Of a stretch of DNA of 64,000 nucleotides, positions 20,490 to 30,191 are shown piece by piece. Position 1 is the stretch's first letter. The number at the start of each line of letters is the position of its first letter. This stretch comes from Candidatus Krumholzibacteriia bacterium (GTDB taxonomy: Bacteria > Krumholzibacteriota > Krumholzibacteriia > Krumholzibacteriales > Krumholzibacteriaceae): the NCBI GenBank assembly GCA_963836185.1, contig CAWIIQ010000001.1, forward strand, positions 1,312,001 through 1,376,000, written 5' to 3'. A model generated the notes under the pieces. The model saw only the letters and a list, made by a program, of their open reading frames with translations, was not told where the DNA came from and searched no databases. Both the position numbers and the translations under genes were made by a program.

Positions 20490-21479
20490 ATGAAGATCTC
20501 TGGAAGAAATTTCCTTATTCTTGCCGTGTTGTCGCTGCTGCTCGGGCTTGTTTCAAGCGGCTGCTCGGAAGACGAATCCGAGTGCCCCGTCTGCCCGGGG
20601 ACACCCTCACCGACACTGGATAATCTATGGCCGGATGACGATGGCAATTCGTGGACGTATGACCAGATGAAGCGGCGATGGGAGACGACTCCGTGGACGC
20701 TCTACGAGGATCCGGGTGATGTTCCAGACGCTCCGACTCTCGATTATGTCGAGGTGCGCCTGGGCGATCTTGGTACCGGGACCAACGCCGATACGATGTC
20801 CTTTATATTCAGGCTCGAATTCGACGGGATCTGTGTCTCGGATTCAGGAGCGATTGGCCAGTGTCTCGACGAGACGCTCTTCGATGAATGGGACGATGAC
20901 ATCACGATGGTCTCGTTCGATCAGGCCCTGCTCAGCAGGCTTCTGGTCTCGAGGCCGGATCTTGAGCACGAGATAAGGAGCATCGGCGGAGTGAACCGGG
21001 TCCCCGCGGAAGTGGAAGCCGTTCAGATTGCCAGGGCATCACTGATCCTTCACGGCGGTATCTGGGAGAAGACGGATGATCATATCGGTACATACGGGGA
21101 TATAGACACACTCCTTGCCTGGAAATACCTCGAATCTGACATCTCCGTGGGACACGAGTTCACATTTCAGCTTCTTCCATCCCTGTCCGGCGAAATCTAC
21201 CTGCACTGCAGGGTCCTCAGCAGCGGAACTGTCGAGACTGAGTACGGGACATACAAGAACGCTGTCAAATGCCTGTATCTCATCGACCACGGGATAGGGG
21301 AGATGCAGCCACCCTCCGGGCCGAGGTTTTTCAGGGTCTACGACTACGGGACGATCACGTACGCTCCAGGTATCGGCCCGATATCAAGCTATGAGCGTAT
21401 GTTGATAGATACGACGGTTCCGGACGGTCCGGGGTACGGGGATATCCATATGGAACTGATCGGCTCGGGTAGCGATTGA
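20490..21479 (+). CDS. Hypothetical lipoprotein
   Basis: Lipobox SSGC followed by CPVCP; 'GNSWTY', 'TVETEYGTY', 'YAPGIG'. Confidence 0.75.
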   Translation: MKISGRNFLILAVLSLLLGLVSSGCSEDESECPVCPGTPSPTLDNLWPDDDGNSWTYDQMKRRWETTPWTLYEDPGDVPDAPTLDYVEVRLGDLGTGTNADTMSFIFRLEFDGICVSDSGAIGQCLDETLFDEWDDDITMVSFDQALLSRLLVSRPDLEHEIRSIGGVNRVPAEVEAVQIARASLILHGGIWEKTDDHIGTYGDIDTLLAWKYLESDISVGHEFTFQLLPSLSGEIYLHCRVLSSGTVETEYGTYKNAVKCLYLIDHGIGEMQPPSGPRFFRVYDYGTITYAPGIGPISSYERMLIDTTVPDGPGYGDIHMELIGSGSD

Positions 21480-21513
21480 GTGTAAAGATGAGAAAAATTT
21501 AACATTTTTTCGT

Positions 21514-21545
21514 CACTGCGGGAACAAGCGTTCCCGCAGTGCGTA
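21514..21545 (+). promoter_or_regulatory. Perfect 12-bp inverted repeat coinciding with an ECF-sigma-like promoter
   Basis: CACTGCGGGAAC-aagc-GTTCCCGCAGTG; GGAAC(21521)-16 nt-CGTA(21542). Confidence 0.4.
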
Positions 21546-21622
21546 CATATAGGCATAGAGAGACGGTCCGACCCCACCGGGCCAGAGATCATGACCCCGC
21601 TTAACAGAGGAGGGAGCGCTCC

Positions 21623-23677
21623 ATGAGGAACGGGATATTTTCACGGACCATGTTCATCGTCCTGATGGCCATACTCTTTTCCGCGGCCGCTGCGGCAGGA
21701 GAGATCCACGAAAAGGCTCAGGAAGGCGATCTGGCAAGGGTAAAGGGACTTATAGACGCCGATCCGTCCATGCTCGAATCGAAGGACGCCGCCGGATCGA
21801 CGCCTCTTATAGCGGCATGCGCCGGCGGGCAGCTCGAGGTCGCTAAGTTCCTCGTGGGGAAGGGAGCCGACATCAATGCCGGCGACAATGAGGACAGCAG
21901 GGCTATACATCTCGCCGGTGTAAGTGGCAGCGTGGAATTACTCGGGTATCTGCTCGGCCTCGGTATAGAGGTGGACACGAGGGATGAGAACGGGATGACA
22001 GCCCTGTTGTTCGCCGGATACAGGGGGCAGGCGGAGGCCGTTGATTATCTCATCTCAAAGGGAGCGGATGTCAACGTCACGACGAACGGCGGAGGTACCA
22101 TGGTTCATGCCGCTTCGTACGCCGGTAACGTCGATATGCTCGAAAGGCTCTTCGCTGGAGGGGCAAAAGCCGATCTCCCGCCTGACCAGTACAATAATAC
22201 ACCGCTGGCGGGCGCCGCGATGAGATGCCGCGACGACGCGGTCAAGCTGCTGATCAAGAACGGCGCTTCTCTCGAGCCCGGATTCGAGGGAGCCAATCCT
22301 CCGCTGATCGCCGCAACATGGAGGGGCTGCAACAGCGTCATCGAGATACTGGTAAGCAGCGGCGCCGATGTCGATGTTCTGGATGACGGCGGGGGCACTG
22401 CGCTCCTGGTGGCCGCCTCGGCGGGCCAGGCCGAGACGGCCAGGCTGCTGGTCGGCCATGGAGCTGACGTGGATCACCCTGACAGCAGGGGATGGACCCC
22501 GCTTATCTGGGCGGCACGCTCCGACAGTTCCGAAATAACCAGGCTGCTCCTCTCGAAAGGGGCCTCGCCGGATGCGGCGAATAACAATGGAGTGACGCCT
22601 CTGATCATGGCTGCAAGGGAAGGGCAGGCCGAGTCGGCCGAGCTTCTGATAACTGCCGGAGCGGATATCGACGCACGCCAGGAAGAGCGTGGCTGGACAG
22701 CTCTGCATATGGCTTCAGCCTGCGGATATACCGATATAGCGGAAGAGCTGATCGAGGCGGGAGCGGATGTCGACGTGAAGGATAACGCCGGCCTGACGCC
22801 GGTATACTACGCCTCGATGTATGGAAACAAGTCGGCGGCCGGCTGTCTTAAGGCCCATGGATGTAAATCCGTAAAATGTGAAAATAATGAAGCTTGCTGC
22901 AAACAGTTGACAAAGAAGATGAAAGATGGAGAGGCGTACGTCTGGTACCTCGGGCACAGTGGATGGGCGATAAGGACGAAGGATAATCTCCTTCTCTTCG
23001 ATTGCTGGGAGAACGGTAGAAAGCCGGACGAACCATGCATATCGAACGGGTATATAGTCCCCGAAGAGGTCGCAGGGCTGAATGTCACCGTATTCGTCAG
23101 CCACGTCCACGGAGATCACTATTCAAAGCACATACTCGAATGGCGAGGCAAGGTCGATGGGATCGACTACGTGATGGGATTCCCCTGTGAAGATTTCGAT
23201 GATTACATATTCGCGGGGCCGAGGGAAAGCCTCGAGCATGAAGGGATGAAAATAGCCACGATCGAGTCGAACGACAGTGGAGTAGGATTCTTCGTCGAGG
23301 TTGACGGCGTGCGTATCTTCCACGCAGGCGACCACGCGAACAGGATGAGGGACTTCTCCGGCCCGTACAGCGCGGAGATCGATTATCTCTCCAGCAGCTT
23401 CGAGAAGGTAGACCTGGCCTTTCTTCCCGTATCGGGATGCGGCTTCGGCGATCAGGAGGCTGTGAAGAAGGGAGTCTTCTACGCGCTGAAGAAACTCGAT
23501 CCCGCAGTCTTCTTTCCAATGCATAACGGCAAATGGCCTTCACGCTACGCCGAGTATAAAAAGGAAGCGGCCGAGATGGGATTCAAGGCTGAGACGGTCT
23601 GCGCCGAAGGGCCGGGAGACAGGTTTCATTTCAGCCGCATGGATGACGGAACGCCTGTAGTCTCGCTGCAGGACTGA
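21623..23677 (+). CDS. Secreted ankyrin-repeat protein fused to a metallo-beta-lactamase-fold hydrolase
   Basis: Signal peptide; about 11-12 'GxTPL/TAL..AA..G..LL..GADV' repeats; 'WYLGHSG', SHVHGDH, 'FHAGD' and 'PMH'. Confidence 0.9.
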   Translation: MRNGIFSRTMFIVLMAILFSAAAAAGEIHEKAQEGDLARVKGLIDADPSMLESKDAAGSTPLIAACAGGQLEVAKFLVGKGADINAGDNEDSRAIHLAGVSGSVELLGYLLGLGIEVDTRDENGMTALLFAGYRGQAEAVDYLISKGADVNVTTNGGGTMVHAASYAGNVDMLERLFAGGAKADLPPDQYNNTPLAGAAMRCRDDAVKLLIKNGASLEPGFEGANPPLIAATWRGCNSVIEILVSSGADVDVLDDGGGTALLVAASAGQAETARLLVGHGADVDHPDSRGWTPLIWAARSDSSEITRLLLSKGASPDAANNNGVTPLIMAAREGQAESAELLITAGADIDARQEERGWTALHMASACGYTDIAEELIEAGADVDVKDNAGLTPVYYASMYGNKSAAGCLKAHGCKSVKCENNEACCKQLTKKMKDGEAYVWYLGHSGWAIRTKDNLLLFDCWENGRKPDEPCISNGYIVPEEVAGLNVTVFVSHVHGDHYSKHILEWRGKVDGIDYVMGFPCEDFDDYIFAGPRESLEHEGMKIATIESNDSGVGFFVEVDGVRIFHAGDHANRMRDFSGPYSAEIDYLSSSFEKVDLAFLPVSGCGFGDQEAVKKGVFYALKKLDPAVFFPMHNGKWPSRYAEYKKEAAEMGFKAETVCAEGPGDRFHFSRMDDGTPVVSLQD

Positions 23678-23708
23678 CGATTCGAAGACTCTACACAGAC
23701 GAACTTGG

Positions 23709-23733
23709 AGGGGCGGAGCGATCCGCCCCTTTT
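23709..23733 (+). terminator. Intrinsic terminator
   Basis: AGGGGCGGA-gcga-TCCGCCCCT followed by TTT. Confidence 0.7.
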
Positions 23734-23802
23734 CCAGTTATAGCGGGCAGGTTCCCAATCTGGTATAATGTGTAAGGGTAGTAATCTTACAAGGAGAGTC
23801 AT

Positions 23803-26334
23803 ATGAATTCCGTCAGAGTCACGGCCATTCTCACAGTCGTATTTTCCATTATGACGCTGATGCCGTCTGGAGCATCCGCACAGAGCGATCCGGCTATCGA
23901 ATACCTGCAGAGAGAGATAGATTCGAAAGGATACAACTGGACCGCGAAGAGAACATGGCTGACTGACCTGCCGGAAGAGGACCGCCTGAAGATGATCGGC
24001 GTCAATCTGCCCGAAGAGATGATCAAGAAGTTCGCGACCCTTCAAAAGAGGTTCGACGATGGTACACTCAGCATGCCGATGATGCCTGCTGCTCCGTCGA
24101 ACTGGGACTGGCGCGATCTCGGAGGCGTATCGGCTGTAACAAACCAGGGAGGGTGCGGGAGCTGCGCTATCTTTGCCGGTACGGCGGCCCTCGAATCGGT
24201 CGTCATGATCAACGAGGGGATCGAATACGACCTGGCCGAGCAGCAGATTCTCTCATGCAGGACCTGGGGATACGGATGCGAAGGAGCCTGGTACTCCTGG
24301 GGGTGGGACTACGTCCGCAGCAATGGCGCTGTGCTCGAGCCGTGCATGCCATACCAGGCGAACGACTCGATCCCCTGTGCCGACGATCCGTGCGATATCT
24401 ACGTCACCAACGGAGGGTGGGTCGATATCCCCAACGATGTCGAATCCATAAAGCAGCAGGTGATGATATCCCCGGTAGCGACGACATTCACCGTATATGG
24501 CGATTTCTATTCGTATGGCGGCGGGTGCTACGAGCACGCGGATACCGATCAGATCAACCACGCCGTTCTCATAGTCGGATGGGATGATGATCTCTGTGGA
24601 GGCGAGGGGGCCTGGCTCTGCAAGAACAGCTGGGGCGAAGGCTGGGGACTCGACGGCTTCTTCTGGATAAAGTACGGGACATGCAGAATCGGATACGCCA
24701 CTCAGCGGGTCCTCTACAACTCGGGGCTCGATGTATGGTACTCCGGCCATGAGATACTCGACGCTGGCGGTGACAGCGACGGCAGGGCAGATCCTGGCGA
24801 AAGTGTGGATATGCCTGTCACTCTCTGGTGCGATATTCTGTCGCCCGACAGGACAAGTGTCTCCGCGACTCTGTCGACTGCCGGCGGTCTTGTCGTGGTG
24901 ACACAGTCGACTGTGATGTACGGCGCGGTTCCGGCCGGATCCTCTTCATCGGGGACCGGTTACTTTGAATTCGACGTCGACCAGTTCGCCGTTCCCGGCG
25001 CCAGGATCGAATTTGTACTCGAGATAACAGCCGACGGCGGGTACTCGCACAATGATACCTTCGAGGTCAGTGTGGGAGATTGCCCTGTCCTCCTTGTCGA
25101 TGACGATGACGGCGCCCAGCTCGAACAGTTTTTCGAGACCTCGCTGCAGAATGACGGATATATTTACGAGGTCTGGGACGAGACAGCCAGCGGTTATATC
25201 GACGTGGCCGATTTATCGGGATACACAGCCGTCATCTGGCTTACAGGGGTCGGAGGCGATATCGAACCGCAGAATATAACGGCGATCGAGGGACTGCTGG
25301 ACGGTGGCGGCGCCCTGCTCATGACGGGACAGGATGTCGGCTGGCAGCTGAATGCGTACGGGGTCCCTGAGGATATAGTTTTCTATCACGATTATCTTCA
25401 TGCCGACTATATACATGACGACTCGGGGTTCCGGTCGCTCGCCGGAATACCCGGGGACGCTGTCGGCGATGGGCTGGCTTTCGATATAGGCGGAGGCGAT
25501 GGAAGCGGCACCCAGGATTATCCCAGTGAGATTGAGCCGCGAAGCAGCGCTCTCCCGGTACTCGAATATTCTCCCGGAGCGGAAGGTGCGCTGAGGTACG
25601 ACATCGGTCACAGGCTTGTATACCTTGCCTTCGGCTTCGAGGCTGTCAATACCCAGGCGGACAGGGATACCCTGATGTCGAGATGCCTCGAATGGCTAGC
25701 CGGCGGGACATGGCCCGACACCGCGCCGCCGATAGTCACGACCCTTTCCCCTGACGGGGGGGAAGAGTACTCGACTGGAGAGAATGTCACGATCTCGTGG
25801 ACAGCGGACGATAATGCCGGCGTCACAAGTATAGATATACTGCTGTCGATCGACGGAGGCATGACCTGGGATGAGACGATAGTGGAAGGGACCGTGAACG
25901 CCGGCGCCTATACCTGGGTCGCGTCCGACGGGGCGTCGAGTGAATGCAGGATACGCGTTATCGCCCGCGACGCCGCGGGGCTTGCCGCGTACGACGATTC
26001 CGATGCCGATTTCTCAAAGGGCTCTGCGACCGGTGGTCCCGACTCGCCCGATATAAGGGACTACTACCTCGCCCAGAATGTTCCTAACCCGTTCAATCCG
26101 GTCACGACGGTCCGGTTCGGGCTGCCTGTATCCTCGTCAGTATCCCTTCGTATTTATGATGCAGCCGGGAGGCTTGTCAGGGTACTGATCGAAGATCACC
26201 TTGAAGCGGGACACCACGAGACGGTCTGGGACGGCCTTGACAGGGTGGGCAGGCCAGTTGCCAGCGGAGTGTATTTCTGCCGCCTCGCGACAAATGCTTT
26301 CGCCGAAGAGAAAAAGATGATACTTTTAAGATGA
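23803..26334 (+). CDS. Secreted C1A (papain-like) cysteine peptidase with accessory domains and FlgD-Ig-type C-terminal domain
   Basis: WDWR, NQGGCGSC, INHAVLIVGW and KNSWG motifs; C-terminal 'LAQNVPNPFNP..IYDAAGRLV..WDG..ASGVYF..KKMILLR'. Confidence 0.92.
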   Translation: MNSVRVTAILTVVFSIMTLMPSGASAQSDPAIEYLQREIDSKGYNWTAKRTWLTDLPEEDRLKMIGVNLPEEMIKKFATLQKRFDDGTLSMPMMPAAPSNWDWRDLGGVSAVTNQGGCGSCAIFAGTAALESVVMINEGIEYDLAEQQILSCRTWGYGCEGAWYSWGWDYVRSNGAVLEPCMPYQANDSIPCADDPCDIYVTNGGWVDIPNDVESIKQQVMISPVATTFTVYGDFYSYGGGCYEHADTDQINHAVLIVGWDDDLCGGEGAWLCKNSWGEGWGLDGFFWIKYGTCRIGYATQRVLYNSGLDVWYSGHEILDAGGDSDGRADPGESVDMPVTLWCDILSPDRTSVSATLSTAGGLVVVTQSTVMYGAVPAGSSSSGTGYFEFDVDQFAVPGARIEFVLEITADGGYSHNDTFEVSVGDCPVLLVDDDDGAQLEQFFETSLQNDGYIYEVWDETASGYIDVADLSGYTAVIWLTGVGGDIEPQNITAIEGLLDGGGALLMTGQDVGWQLNAYGVPEDIVFYHDYLHADYIHDDSGFRSLAGIPGDAVGDGLAFDIGGGDGSGTQDYPSEIEPRSSALPVLEYSPGAEGALRYDIGHRLVYLAFGFEAVNTQADRDTLMSRCLEWLAGGTWPDTAPPIVTTLSPDGGEEYSTGENVTISWTADDNAGVTSIDILLSIDGGMTWDETIVEGTVNAGAYTWVASDGASSECRIRVIARDAAGLAAYDDSDADFSKGSATGGPDSPDIRDYYLAQNVPNPFNPVTTVRFGLPVSSSVSLRIYDAAGRLVRVLIEDHLEAGHHETVWDGLDRVGRPVASGVYFCRLATNAFAEEKKMILLR

Positions 26335-26387
26335 CAGTCGTGGCCCCCTGCTGACTACCCCTGACAGATACGAGGAGGGGTTGTATC

Positions 26388-27077
26388 ATGCGGGACCTAT
26401 CAGGACCTTCGGTCGTGGTACGGACAGGGATCACTGCTGCGCTGCTTTTCACTGTGTTTTCATCGCAGGGCTGCCTGACCTATTCTTCCTATCAATCAGC
26501 GCGAATCGTCGAGCGCGGATACCCGCACGCCGTTGTCGGCATCACCAGAAGCGTTTCTCCCGGCACGGAAAAGTCTGACCGGGAAGTAAGCTGGTGGACC
26601 ATCGACGGGGATATGCGCTTCGGAATCGCGAGACGGATCGATGGGGCGGTCCGTGTCTCGGTGTTTCAGAATTTTGTTGAAGGCTTGGGTGGAGGTCAGA
26701 TCTCCGTGGACCTGCGCGGAGGAATAATCGAGGATCATATCGTGATAGTCATGCCGGCCACGGTGACCCTTGGTGATTTCTACTTTTACACGCTTCGGAT
26801 CCAGCCGGGATTCGTCGGTACGATCCCCCTTGGCAAGCAGCTGGAACTCAACGGTTCTGTCAGGGCCCATGTCTATCTCAGGGTGATGGAACTGTACGGA
26901 ATCGATTATACTCTGGGGCTGGGCATAACGACCCGGTCAGGTGAATGGACGATCCGACCCGAAGTCGGGTGGCTCCAGCTGGCAGGGCTTAACTCCGATT
27001 CAGCCTGTCTCCAGTACGGAGTAGGGATCGAGCACAACTTTATCACGGCGCCGACAGGATGTGAGGAGCTCCGTTAA
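26388..27077 (+). CDS. Hypothetical lipoprotein, beta-strand-rich (possible outer-membrane barrel)
   Basis: Lipobox SQGC, 'YQSARIV' and alternating beta-strand pattern; SD GAGGAGG. Confidence 0.65.
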   Translation: MRDLSGPSVVVRTGITAALLFTVFSSQGCLTYSSYQSARIVERGYPHAVVGITRSVSPGTEKSDREVSWWTIDGDMRFGIARRIDGAVRVSVFQNFVEGLGGGQISVDLRGGIIEDHIVIVMPATVTLGDFYFYTLRIQPGFVGTIPLGKQLELNGSVRAHVYLRVMELYGIDYTLGLGITTRSGEWTIRPEVGWLQLAGLNSDSACLQYGVGIEHNFITAPTGCEELR

Positions 27078-27123
27078 TTGATTGAAACTATCCCCTGACA
27101 TCTGTAGAATGGCCCGTAACAGG

Positions 27124-27150
27124 TGAAACCGCTTTACGGCTGTTGACGTA
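27124..27150 (+). promoter_or_regulatory. ECF-sigma-like promoter
   Basis: TGAAAC-17 nt-CGTA about 50 nt upstream of the 27199 gene. Confidence 0.4.
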
Positions 27151-27198
27151 GAAGAGAGGTGCGTCGGGGCCGGGGTACGTACTTTTGGAGGTCAGTCT

Positions 27199-27657
27199 AT
27201 GCGCCGGGGATACTTCTGTATGACTCTTCTCGCAGTTTTCGTGATCACAGCCGGAGCCACCGCTCCGCTGCATGCCGGGGACGATGAGGCAGCGGTCAGG
27301 GAGACGATCATCAACGCTTACGTCAAGGGCATCCATATCGATCGGGATATCCCGGCGATAAGGAAGGGATTCCATCCCTCGTTTCTGATGTTCATCAGGA
27401 AAGGCGAGGAAGTAAATACTTTGTCATTAGACGACTGGGTGGAGGGGATCGAGCACAGCAAACAAAAGGACCCTGAAGGTCCGTCGTGGAAGGTGACCAG
27501 TGATATCCCGATGGTCAGCATATCGGGGGATGCCGCGGTCGCCAAGGTCATGATATACAGGGACGAGAAACTGATCTACAGCGACTATATGTCACTGTAC
27601 AAGTTCGATGACGGGTGGAAGATCGTAGGCAAGATCTATTACAGCCACAAGGATTAA
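27199..27657 (+). CDS. Secreted NTF2-family protein (lumazine-binding-2-like)
   Basis: Signal peptide; 'YVKGI..D...RKGFHP', 'GDAAVAKV', 'DYMSLYKFDDGWKIVGKIY'. Confidence 0.82.
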   Translation: MRRGYFCMTLLAVFVITAGATAPLHAGDDEAAVRETIINAYVKGIHIDRDIPAIRKGFHPSFLMFIRKGEEVNTLSLDDWVEGIEHSKQKDPEGPSWKVTSDIPMVSISGDAAVAKVMIYRDEKLIYSDYMSLYKFDDGWKIVGKIYYSHKD

Positions 27658-27694
27658 GAACATCAGACGATCATTCTGTTTTTTAATCGCCGCC

Positions 27695-29227
27695 ATGATG
27701 CTGCTGCCGCTTTCGATCCCGGCTTCCGGGTCGGATAGTGCCGACGGCCTGGAGAGGGAACGCGAGGAGATAAAGCCGAAGGAGCTTACCGCCAGGGTCG
27801 ATCTGCCCTCCAGGGAGGTCCACTATGGTGGACTGATGATCGCGGCGGGCGATACGGTCTCCGGGCCCGTCATCGTGATCAAGGGTTCGCTCGACATCCA
27901 GGACGGTGGGGTCCTGACGGGAGATGCCTGGGTGATAAACGGCGATATGATCCTTACAGGTACCGCCGCCATCGTGGGAAAAGTCAACCTGGTAAACGGC
28001 TCCGACTATCTGTCGCACAAAGCGGGCATAGCTGGAGGCATCGTTTACTATCACAGCGAGTGCCGGCTGGACGACAAGAAATACGAGGATTCCGGAGAGG
28101 TCTCGTTCGTAAAGAAGGAAGATCCCAGAGTGGTCAGGACGAAGTTCGCCCACAAGCCCGGCAGGCCTTCGAGGGTCGACTACGAGATCGCCCGTCCAGG
28201 ATTCAAGCGCGAGAACGACAAGGCCAGGAAGCCGTACACGAAGGCATTCGGATATCTGCACGTACCGATCTGGAAGGATTCCGGTGGATTCCTCGGTTTC
28301 GACACGGGTATATCCTTTCCTCTCGCGGGCGACGATCTGAGGCTTGAAGTCAACGGGTTCAAGAGGACAGAGTCGAACGATACCTGGCAGACAGGGCGTC
28401 TCGAGAACGGTTTTATCGTCATGATGACGGCTGATGACTATCTTGACTACTGGGAACGAAGGGGAGGCGAGGCGGGGTTGAAATGGATCCTCTCAGAGCA
28501 TACGACTCTGGCTGGATTCGTATCATACCAGGAGGATGTATCCCTTGAGGCGATGAAGATCCCTTCGCTGCTGCGGGGCACTGACCGCTACCGGGAAAAT
28601 CCCGCTATAGATGACGGGGAGAGGCTCGCTGCGGCACTGCGATTCTGCTACGACGGCCGCGAGGACGAGGGGTGGCGCAGAAGCGCCTGGCGTTTCGACT
28701 TCTGGTTCGAGAAAGGATTCAGGACCGGCGCGGCTGATTTCTCTTACGAGGCTTTTGATATCGACCTGTCGAGGTACCAGTACATCGGCCGCCGTTCACA
28801 GGTGGGGCTGAGGGGCAAGGTCTTCTCGGCATTCAGCCCTGTACCGGGACAGTTGAGACGTACACTGACCGGATATGGTGGTGTCAGAGGGGCGAGAGAC
28901 ATACCGTTCCCAAATGAGAAGGGGGACCGGCTCGCGCTATTTTCGATCGAGGCCAGGACCAGGCTCCCCGATGTATGGGGGATAAGGTGGTTGTTTACAT
29001 CCTGGGACCTGCTGGTGTTCTCGGATATAGGACTCCTCGCCGATGCTGAAAACAAGGAATCACCCTTCGGTTTCTTCGAAACACCTTTCGAGGAGTGGAG
29101 GAAGACGGCAGGGCTGGGATTTTCAGGCCAGTCTTTTCTGCCGTACGTAGGATTCTATATCGCCCAGGATCTCGACAGGGACAAGTTCGAGCCGAGGGCG
29201 ATACTGAGATTCGAGCAATCGTTTTGA
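27695..29227 (+). CDS. Outer-membrane protein: N-terminal bactofilin-like beta-solenoid plus BamA/TamA-like barrel
   Basis: 'GDTVSGPVIVIKGSLDI..G..GDAWVINGD' repeats; 'GYGGVRG' resembles the Omp85 VRG loop; 'FSDIG'; terminal Phe; the start may lie further upstream. Confidence 0.7.
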   Translation: MMLLPLSIPASGSDSADGLEREREEIKPKELTARVDLPSREVHYGGLMIAAGDTVSGPVIVIKGSLDIQDGGVLTGDAWVINGDMILTGTAAIVGKVNLVNGSDYLSHKAGIAGGIVYYHSECRLDDKKYEDSGEVSFVKKEDPRVVRTKFAHKPGRPSRVDYEIARPGFKRENDKARKPYTKAFGYLHVPIWKDSGGFLGFDTGISFPLAGDDLRLEVNGFKRTESNDTWQTGRLENGFIVMMTADDYLDYWERRGGEAGLKWILSEHTTLAGFVSYQEDVSLEAMKIPSLLRGTDRYRENPAIDDGERLAAALRFCYDGREDEGWRRSAWRFDFWFEKGFRTGAADFSYEAFDIDLSRYQYIGRRSQVGLRGKVFSAFSPVPGQLRRTLTGYGGVRGARDIPFPNEKGDRLALFSIEARTRLPDVWGIRWLFTSWDLLVFSDIGLLADAENKESPFGFFETPFEEWRKTAGLGFSGQSFLPYVGFYIAQDLDRDKFEPRAILRFEQSF

Positions 29228-29258
29228 CCGTATAAATAATAGCAAAAGGTATCAGGTG

Positions 29259-30191
29259 ATGAGTGACAAGAAGATGGCGATGTTGAGGGTCGAGAAGCTC
29301 GAGAAGCGGTTCGGCCGGGTACACGCCCTCAAAGGTGTGGATATCGTTCTGGACAAGCCGGGCGTCTATGGATTCCTTGGCCCTAACGGAGCGGGAAAGA
29401 CCACGACCTTCAAGGTGATCGGCGGACTACTCAGGCCCACAGGTGGAACAGTGCTGATCGATGGTATCGATGTCAGGACCGATACGGCGAAGGCCGTTTC
29501 GAAGCTCGGCATCCTCTTCGATCAGCCCGCCTACTATCCTTTCCTTTCAGGGCGGGAGAATCTTTCCGTTTTCAACAGGTGGATGGGCCTCGATGATACG
29601 GAGCATGCCGACCGGCTCCTCGAAATGGTAGGTCTCGGTGGCGCCGGCAGCAGGAAAGCCGGGGGATATTCATGGGGAATGAAGAGGAGGCTGGGAATCG
29701 CCGCGGCGCTGCTTGGTGATCCGGCGATACTGCTCCTCGATGAGCCGACTAACGGGCTCGACCCGGCGGGGATCGCGGACATGAGAAAACTGCTGCCCCG
29801 CCTCGCTTGGGAAGAGAAGAGGACTGTCCTGCTTTCATCTCACAGGATGGAGGAGGTAACACAGATCTGCGATCATGTCACCATCATCAACAGGGGGGAG
29901 ATCGCGGCGGCCGGTACTCCGGCGGAACTATCCACCGGGATTCCATGGATAGAGATAGAACTGCCTGACGCTGACAGGGCCGTGAGATTACTCGAGGAAT
30001 CGGGAATGGCCGATGAGATAAAGCGCAGGAGCGCGTCTGTCGTGGAAATCATGGCGTCTGGAAAGACCGCTTCGTCGATAAATACCTTCCTCGTCGAAAA
30101 GGGCTTCGAAATCACCGGTATCCGCGAAAAAAGAGAATCACTGGAGGATATATTCTTCCGGCTGACGGGAGGGGGCGATGATGACAGGTGA
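29259..30191 (+). CDS. ABC transporter ATP-binding protein (BcrA/CcmA-like exporter)
   Basis: GPNGAGKTT, YSWGMKRRL, LLDEPTNGLDP and SSH motifs. Confidence 0.93.
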   Translation: MSDKKMAMLRVEKLEKRFGRVHALKGVDIVLDKPGVYGFLGPNGAGKTTTFKVIGGLLRPTGGTVLIDGIDVRTDTAKAVSKLGILFDQPAYYPFLSGRENLSVFNRWMGLDDTEHADRLLEMVGLGGAGSRKAGGYSWGMKRRLGIAAALLGDPAILLLDEPTNGLDPAGIADMRKLLPRLAWEEKRTVLLSSHRMEEVTQICDHVTIINRGEIAAAGTPAELSTGIPWIEIELPDADRAVRLLEESGMADEIKRRSASVVEIMASGKTASSINTFLVEKGFEITGIREKRESLEDIFFRLTGGGDDDR

